DNA from: Theionarchaea archaeon
Lineage (GTDB): Archaea > Methanobacteriota_B > Thermococci > Methanofastidiosales > SZ-28-30
Length of the DNA: 64,000 nt
Assembly (NCBI GenBank): GCA_018992685.1
Contig: JACVGT010000019.1
Span: 64,001-128,000 of the forward strand
Reading direction: 5' to 3'
A model generated the notes under the pieces. The model saw nothing but the letters and a program-made list of their open reading frames with translations. It had not been told where the DNA came from and searched no databases. The position numbers and the translations under genes are program-made. Positions 58,191 to 64,000 of this stretch are shown one piece after another; position 1 is the stretch's first letter, and every line of letters begins with the position of its first letter.

Positions 58191-61049
58191 ATGGCAACTG
58201 ACAGAATCTTCATCAAAGGTGCATCTCAGCACAACCTGAAAAATATAGACGTAGAGATACCGCGGAACAGTCTGGTGGTGATTACTGGTGTTTCAGGTTC
58301 AGGGAAGTCCTCTTTGGCCTTTGATACCATCTATGCTGAGGGACAGAGGCGCTATGTGGAATCCTTATCGGCCTACGCCCGTCAGTTTCTGGAACAGATG
58401 GACAAGCCCGATGTGGAATACATTGAAGGGTTGTCTCCCGCCATCTCTATTGAACAGAAAGGAGTGAGCAAGAACCCCCGCTCTACCGTGGGGACGGTTA
58501 CTGAAATATATGATTATTTACGATTGCTGTACGCCAGAATTGGTGTCCCTCATTGTCCCGAATGTGGGAAAGAGATCAGAAAGCAGACGCCGCAGGAGAT
58601 TGTGGACCAGGTGCTGGTATTCCAGGGGAAAGAAATCTCTGTGTTGTCCCCCATTGTGAGAGGCAGAAAAGGGATCTATAAGAGAGAGCTGGAGAACCTC
58701 CTGGCCCAGGGATTTACCAGAGCACGCGTTGACGGGGTAATCAGGCACCTGGATGAGGAAGAAATAGACCTGGAGAAGTACAAGAAACATGACATTGAGG
58801 TAGTGGTGGACACCCTTACTGTCTCTCCAGACGAGAAAGAACGAATCGCTGATTCTGTGGAAATGGCCCTGGATCTCAGTGAGGGACTGGTGATCATATC
58901 GACCCCTGAAGACCACATGTATTCTGAACATTTCTCGTGTCCTGACTGTGGCATTTCTTTTGAAGAACTGGAACCCCGGATGTTCTCATTCAACTCACCT
59001 TTTGGGGCCTGTCCTGAATGCCACGGGCTGGGAGAGAGGATGCGCATTGACCCTGAAAAAGTGCTTGACAGCAGACGGTCCATCCGAGAAGGTGCCATTC
59101 GACCCTGGAAGTCTTCCAACCAGGACGGGTACTACATGTCAAAATTGTCCCAGCTGGCAGCGCATCTGAAAATCCCCATGGACAAGCCACTGAAAGAGGT
59201 TCCTCAGAAGACCCTTGATATAATATTATATGGTACACGAGAGCCCATTCATTATGTATTTGAAGGTGACAGGTCCAGATGGGAATATACCGGAGGATTT
59301 GAAGGAGTCATCACCAACCTCAAGAGACGGTACAGCCAGACCAAGTCTGAGTACATCCGATCAGAAATTGAAACCTTCATGAGCAGCATAGCGTGTCCTG
59401 TTTGCAAGGGAAAGCGGCTGAAGCCAGAGAGCCTGTCAGTGACCATACAGGATATGTGCATCACAGACATTACAGAAATGTCCATAAAGGAAGCACAAGA
59501 GTTCTTTGATACACTTGACCTGTCAGAAAAGGAACAGATAATTGCAAAGCAGATTTTGAAGGAGATCAACGAACGGCTGGGGTTCATGGTTTCAGTCGGG
59601 CTGGAATACCTCACCCTTGATAGAAAAGCTGCTACATTATCTGGAGGAGAAGCTCAGAGGATTCGCCTGGCAACCCAGATAGGGTCATCGTTGATGGGTG
59701 TTCTGTACATACTGGATGAACCTTCCATCGGACTGCACCAGAGGGACAATGCCAGGCTGCTGGCCACCTTGCAGCAGCTGAGAGACCTGGGGAACACCGT
59801 GATTGTCATTGAGCACGACGAAGCTACCATGAGAGCTGCAGACCACATCATTGATATGGGACCAGGAGCAGGACTGCATGGAGGGTACGTCGTTGCCCAT
59901 GGAACAGTCACTGATGTCTGTCAGAACCCTCGATCACTGACAGGAAAATACTTGAAGGGTGAACTGTCCATTGAAGTGCCGGCGCAGAGGCTGGAATGGA
60001 ATCGGAGTCTCACCATGAAGGGCGTGCGCCATAATAATTTGAAGAATGTTGATGTGGAAATACCACTGGGAGTATTTGTCTGTATAACAGGTGTCTCAGG
60101 ATCTGGGAAATCATCACTGGTGGATGATACACTGCACAAGGCACTAGCCCAGTACTTCTACGGTTCCTCAGAGAAACCAGGAGCATTTGATGGCATGGAA
60201 GGACTGGAAGCTGTGGATAAGGTAATTATTATTGATCAATCTCCCATTGGAAGGACTCCCCGGTCCAATCCTGCCACATATACGGGTGCCCTCTCCCCCA
60301 TACGACAGCTGTTTTCTCAGATGCCTCAATCCAAGAAGCGGGGGTATAGGCCAGGACGATTCTCGTTCAATGTGAAGGGAGGGCGATGTGAGGCCTGCAA
60401 GGGACATGGACTGGTGAAAATTGAGATGCACTTTTTGCCAGATGTGTATGTACCATGCGAAGTGTGCAAGGGCAGACGGTTCAACAGAGACACACTGAGT
60501 GTCCGATACAAGGGAAAGAGCATTGCAGATGTTCTGGACATGAGCGTGGAAGAGGCTTTGGATTTCTTTGAGAACATACCCACAGTCAAGAGAAAGTTGA
60601 AAACGCTGTATGATGTGGGAATGGGATATATCAAACTGGGGCAACCTGCCACCACGTTGTCTGGAGGAGAGGCCCAGAGAGTGAAACTGTCCCGTGAACT
60701 GTCCAAGAAAGGAACTGGAAGCACCCTGTACATACTGGATGAACCCACCACTGGACTGCATTTTGATGATATCTTGAAACTGCTCAATGTGCTCAAGAAG
60801 CTGGTGAAGCGAGGAAACACTATCCTGGTCATTGAACACAACCTGGACGTGATAAAGACTGCAGACTACATCATTGACCTGGGACCTGAGGGGGGAGAAG
60901 AGGGAGGATATGTTGTGGCCACGGGTACTCCTGAGCAGGTGGCCCAGACAGACACTCACACAGGGAGATTCCTGAGAAAGGTACTTCATGAAGAAGCACA
61001 CAGCATTGAGGAGTCAAGCTCAGAAAGAGCCGGTATCTCTGCATCCTAG
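58191..61049 (+). CDS. uvrA: Excinuclease ABC subunit A
   Basis: Two ABC domains (GVSGSGKSS twice, LSGGEAQR twice), Zn fingers, FSFN motifs. Confidence 0.98.
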   Translation: MATDRIFIKGASQHNLKNIDVEIPRNSLVVITGVSGSGKSSLAFDTIYAEGQRRYVESLSAYARQFLEQMDKPDVEYIEGLSPAISIEQKGVSKNPRSTVGTVTEIYDYLRLLYARIGVPHCPECGKEIRKQTPQEIVDQVLVFQGKEISVLSPIVRGRKGIYKRELENLLAQGFTRARVDGVIRHLDEEEIDLEKYKKHDIEVVVDTLTVSPDEKERIADSVEMALDLSEGLVIISTPEDHMYSEHFSCPDCGISFEELEPRMFSFNSPFGACPECHGLGERMRIDPEKVLDSRRSIREGAIRPWKSSNQDGYYMSKLSQLAAHLKIPMDKPLKEVPQKTLDIILYGTREPIHYVFEGDRSRWEYTGGFEGVITNLKRRYSQTKSEYIRSEIETFMSSIACPVCKGKRLKPESLSVTIQDMCITDITEMSIKEAQEFFDTLDLSEKEQIIAKQILKEINERLGFMVSVGLEYLTLDRKAATLSGGEAQRIRLATQIGSSLMGVLYILDEPSIGLHQRDNARLLATLQQLRDLGNTVIVIEHDEATMRAADHIIDMGPGAGLHGGYVVAHGTVTDVCQNPRSLTGKYLKGELSIEVPAQRLEWNRSLTMKGVRHNNLKNVDVEIPLGVFVCITGVSGSGKSSLVDDTLHKALAQYFYGSSEKPGAFDGMEGLEAVDKVIIIDQSPIGRTPRSNPATYTGALSPIRQLFSQMPQSKKRGYRPGRFSFNVKGGRCEACKGHGLVKIEMHFLPDVYVPCEVCKGRRFNRDTLSVRYKGKSIADVLDMSVEEALDFFENIPTVKRKLKTLYDVGMGYIKLGQPATTLSGGEAQRVKLSRELSKKGTGSTLYILDEPTTGLHFDDILKLLNVLKKLVKRGNTILVIEHNLDVIKTADYIIDLGPEGGEEGGYVVATGTPEQVAQTDTHTGRFLRKVLHEEAHSIEESSSERAGISAS

Positions 61050-61242
61050 AGGCAAGCAAAGAATACTCCTTTTCTCCTTCATCATCTCTTCTTATGAGGG
61101 TGCACCAACCGTGTCTTGATGGGGTCTTGCTACGTGACCTCTCTCCGATATTTTTCCACTGCTCTTGCGTAACCTCTTTATGGTGTGTTCTGCTAAACAC
61201 AAATGTGTTCGTAGCATACAGAAATGAACAGAGGTAGTTCAA

Positions 61243-61521
61243 ATGGAAAAGCAGGAAGAATTCATCAAAATGCTGGGTTCTAAGGCCACTCGGAGTATAC
61301 TGCAGTTTCTGGACAGGGAGGAGAAAGCGAGATACAAGCAATTTCAGGAGTTTGTGAATACACACACCCTGAACACCCGCCTCAGAGAACTCATGGACTA
61401 TGACCTCATTCAGCACCACATGGTTAGAGAAGACACCAGGAAGGAATGGTACGAACCAACTGAACGAGGCCGAAAGGCTCTCCAACTGCTGAATGAACTG
61501 GCAGAAATGGTAGACTGTTGA
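61243..61521 (+). CDS. HxlR-like winged-HTH regulator
   Basis: TLNTRLRELMDYDLI...YEPTERG; SD gaggt. Confidence 0.75.
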   Translation: MEKQEEFIKMLGSKATRSILQFLDREEKARYKQFQEFVNTHTLNTRLRELMDYDLIQHHMVREDTRKEWYEPTERGRKALQLLNELAEMVDC

Positions 61522-61821
61522 GATTTCCGGAGCAGTTCTGTTCCGGCGTGAGTTCGTACGGTCCAAAAAGTCATCTGCTGGGCTCGGAGGGGCGAAAAAA
61601 CATTCATTTTTTTCTGCTGTTAACAGACCAGATTCACTTTTTCAGTAGTCATTCATCCGCAGACTGAAGAATCACATTAAGACCACAAAATCACTTCATG
61701 AGAAAAAGAAGGCAATTCAGAAGATTTTCGGCCTATTTCGCATAAATTCTTTCAGCCTATCATGGGGAGATAGAGATGATCAACCACAAAAGTTAATAAG
61801 TATTTGAAGCATATAGAAATC

Positions 61822-62283
61822 ATGAAGAGAGTAGCACTCGTGGCGTTGGTGTTGATGATCCCGGTTCCCGCTATGGCACAGCAGATGTGCTGGATTTCAC
61901 CTGCAGAAGGCAGTGAGAATATTGTGATACTGAGGGTTGAGCACACTGCCACGATTCCAAATGATGAGTATGTTGTCATCTATAATACTGGTAGGACATC
62001 AGTTGATCTGTCCGGATGGGTGGTTTTTGACAGTTATTACGAAACCTACAGGCATCTCCCACCCACAGCGCGGACAGACCCACTCATCACGATGCATATT
62101 TATCGGATACCGTATGGGGTGGTACTGAAATCCCACTGCTGGGTCAGGATTTGCTCAGGTTATGGAAAGAATAATGGACTGTACCTGTATCGAGACTTGA
62201 GAACACAGTGGCTCAAAGATGAGGGGGATACGCTCTACTTGATGGATAACTACTGTAATCTGATCAGTCAGTTCACCTGGTGA
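61822..62283 (+). CDS. Secreted lamin-tail-domain protein
   Basis: Signal peptide; DEYVVIYNTG..VDLSGW, GDTLYL.D. Confidence 0.8.
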   Translation: MKRVALVALVLMIPVPAMAQQMCWISPAEGSENIVILRVEHTATIPNDEYVVIYNTGRTSVDLSGWVVFDSYYETYRHLPPTARTDPLITMHIYRIPYGVVLKSHCWVRICSGYGKNNGLYLYRDLRTQWLKDEGDTLYLMDNYCNLISQFTW

Positions 62284-62564
62284 ACAAAAAAAGGAAAAAA
62301 GAGGGATTGGATCGATCTCTCTTCTTGACAACCTTCTCCTTTCTTTTTCCCGTATCCCCACTGTACTTTGAAGATCCTTTCTTATAAATATATGGGGCTC
62401 TTGGTACTTTTTTGCATAATTCGTGATTCAGCTATGATACTCTCACTGCATGATTATTCTCGTATATCTTGGCAGCATTCCTGAGATACTGTAGTCATTT
62501 CTCTCCAGTAGATACCGTACTGGTCAGGTACCCATTTCTTATGTTATAGAATCTCAAAAGGGTT

Positions 62565-63029
62565 ATGGATGTGCACTACAAGGTAATAGAGGACAGAAGG
62601 GAGCTTGGGGCATCTAGATTTCTGAGATACAAGGTTTTTGTAGAGGAACAGAAGGTCCCTGAATGCCTCGAAAAGGATCGGTTGGATGATGGATCGATTC
62701 ATGTCATTGCATGCAGGGGAAGAAGAGTCATCGGGACCGGTAGGATAACAGCAGCACACGGCAATGCGAAAATATCAAGATTGGCAGTCGAAAGAAAGGA
62801 AAGAGGAAAGGGATTAGGCAGAGGAATTATGCTCGAATTGGAGAGTATCGCTAAGAGGAAGGGAGTCAAGAAAATTATATTAAGTTCGAACTTCCAGTCT
62901 ATTCCGTTTTATGAAAAGCTCGGATATAGGAAGAGAGGAAGCCCCTTTGTTGAGTGTGGGGGCGAAGTCCAGGGGATGACAAAGTGTCTGAGTCTCAGCC
63001 CATCTTCTCAAGGCCGCCTCCAGGATTAG
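62565..63029 (+). CDS. GNAT acetyltransferase (ElaA/YjcF-like)
   Basis: LRYKVFVEEQ.VP, RLAV....RGKGLG, FYEKLGY. Confidence 0.88.
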   Translation: MDVHYKVIEDRRELGASRFLRYKVFVEEQKVPECLEKDRLDDGSIHVIACRGRRVIGTGRITAAHGNAKISRLAVERKERGKGLGRGIMLELESIAKRKGVKKIILSSNFQSIPFYEKLGYRKRGSPFVECGGEVQGMTKCLSLSPSSQGRLQD

Positions 63030-63178
63030 GAGAAGGTTCTGGATGAATTGCTGGTCCGCTGGAGGATTGAGGACGAAGGGATGTGCGTACCTGGATACAA
63101 GAAAAGCCAAAAGACAGACAAAAAGCTCCACAGGACAGTAATTGTTGCACCAGGAGAATTAATCTCAAGATCGGAAGA

Positions 63179-63251
63179 CGCCGCCGCCAGGACTTGAACC
63201 TGGAACCATCCGCTTAACAGGCGGGCGCTCTGCCAATTGAGCTACGGCGGC
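63179..63251 (-). tRNA. tRNA-Asn(GTT), intronless, CCA not encoded
   Basis: GCCGCCG TA GCTC AATTGGCA GAGC G CCCGC CTGTTAA GCGGA TGGTT CCAGG TTCAAGT CCTGG CGGCGGC G folds as a cloverleaf. Confidence 0.97.
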
Positions 63252-63273
63252 TGTGAGATTATCGGACTAGCTG

Positions 63274-63287
63274 TTTATAAGTCTTTC
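63274..63287 (-). promoter_or_regulatory. BRE/TATA promoter of tRNA-Asn
   Basis: gaaagacttataaa about 23 nt upstream of the tRNA 5' end. Confidence 0.65.
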
Positions 63288-63614
63288 TTACCCTTCCAGA
63301 TTTGTAATATAAGAGATTGCATCAGAAGCCTCTTTTGGGTATAATAAAGCTTACAGAGCTTGCATATAAAAGCTTTTCGGTGTGAACTCTTTCTCAAAAA
63401 GCTCCCATATTGTTAATAATAGATTCTCATTCTTGTACATTGCTAAATCAGTTACATCATTCCTTTTCTCTTTTTGATTTTTGATGGAAGTTAGGCAAAA
63501 TATTATTAATTTTCATCAAATAGCATTATATATTGAGTTTATTTTTACCATGTGAATGGTTCATAGTCTCTTTCACAAAAAAACTATCACCTAGTATCAT
63601 AGGAAATTTTCGAC

Positions 63615-63962
63615 ATGGTAAAAGTAAGTAAAATGTCAGATGAAGACGTCTTGGAGTTGTACAGGGAGGGATTAACCAATCGCCAGATAGCAGACAGGCT
63701 AGGTGTCACACTACCTGCTGTCCAGTACCGACTACAGAATCTAGAGCTGATGAACAACTTCCACCACTACAAGCCTGCAGATCCCACAGAGGTAAAGATT
63801 CTTCACGACATGAGATTGACCACGGTAGGGATCTCGCAGTTACTCAGAACGAATGCCAAAACGAGTCTAGAAACCATGAAAGATCTGGAGCTGGAAGACA
63901 ACTGCAACAGACTCGAGGAACTACTGAGGAAAGACAGTCAGGAATGTGAATGTGGTGATTGA
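63615..63962 (+). CDS. Small HTH DNA-binding protein (two HTH-like repeats)
   Basis: LYREGLTNRQIADRLGVT..AVQYRL, then a degenerate second copy. Confidence 0.75.
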   Translation: MVKVSKMSDEDVLELYREGLTNRQIADRLGVTLPAVQYRLQNLELMNNFHHYKPADPTEVKILHDMRLTTVGISQLLRTNAKTSLETMKDLELEDNCNRLEELLRKDSQECECGD

Positions 63963-64000
63963 TCGTATTGAGTTTAGTTCCCTCTATTCTAACACTTTCA

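Noticed and set aside
60168-61566. Long antisense ORFs (277 aa, 231 aa) and similar shadow ORFs such as 17799-18527
   Set aside because: They overlap well-supported genes on the opposite strand and have no recognisable motifs.

Overview
An archaeal chromosomal segment. Evidence for this is TATA/BRE promoters, topoisomerase VI, PCNA, GGGP synthase, L40e, Tsr3 and an ATP-dependent ligase. The gene style suggests a Thermococci-related anaerobic heterotroph such as Theionarchaea, which is inference only. The window holds housekeeping genes, several peptidases (C11, C25, M28, M54), one tRNA-Asn(GTT) and a 14-gene energy-conservation operon (39656-48797, minus strand). That operon is the most striking element: a CooF-like ferredoxin and a shrunken 392-aa CooS/CODH homologue head an Mrp-antiporter plus group-4 [NiFe]-hydrogenase module. 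The CooS homologue keeps its B-cluster ligands but has lost the D-cluster ligands and part of the C-cluster and catalytic residues. A second oddity is an Lrp/AsnC - PEPCK-like - asnA locus with a shared 40-bp promoter motif, a 4-codon uORF and a C8 frameshift in asnA. Others are an in-frame TAG in a glycosidase-like lipoprotein, a GNAT-SSB fusion, a split ECF S-component paired with a Moco-fold lipoprotein, and a gene that appears to start at ATT directly after the GGGPS stop. No CRISPR array, rRNA, transposase or integrase was seen. All family calls come from motif recognition by eye, not database searches.
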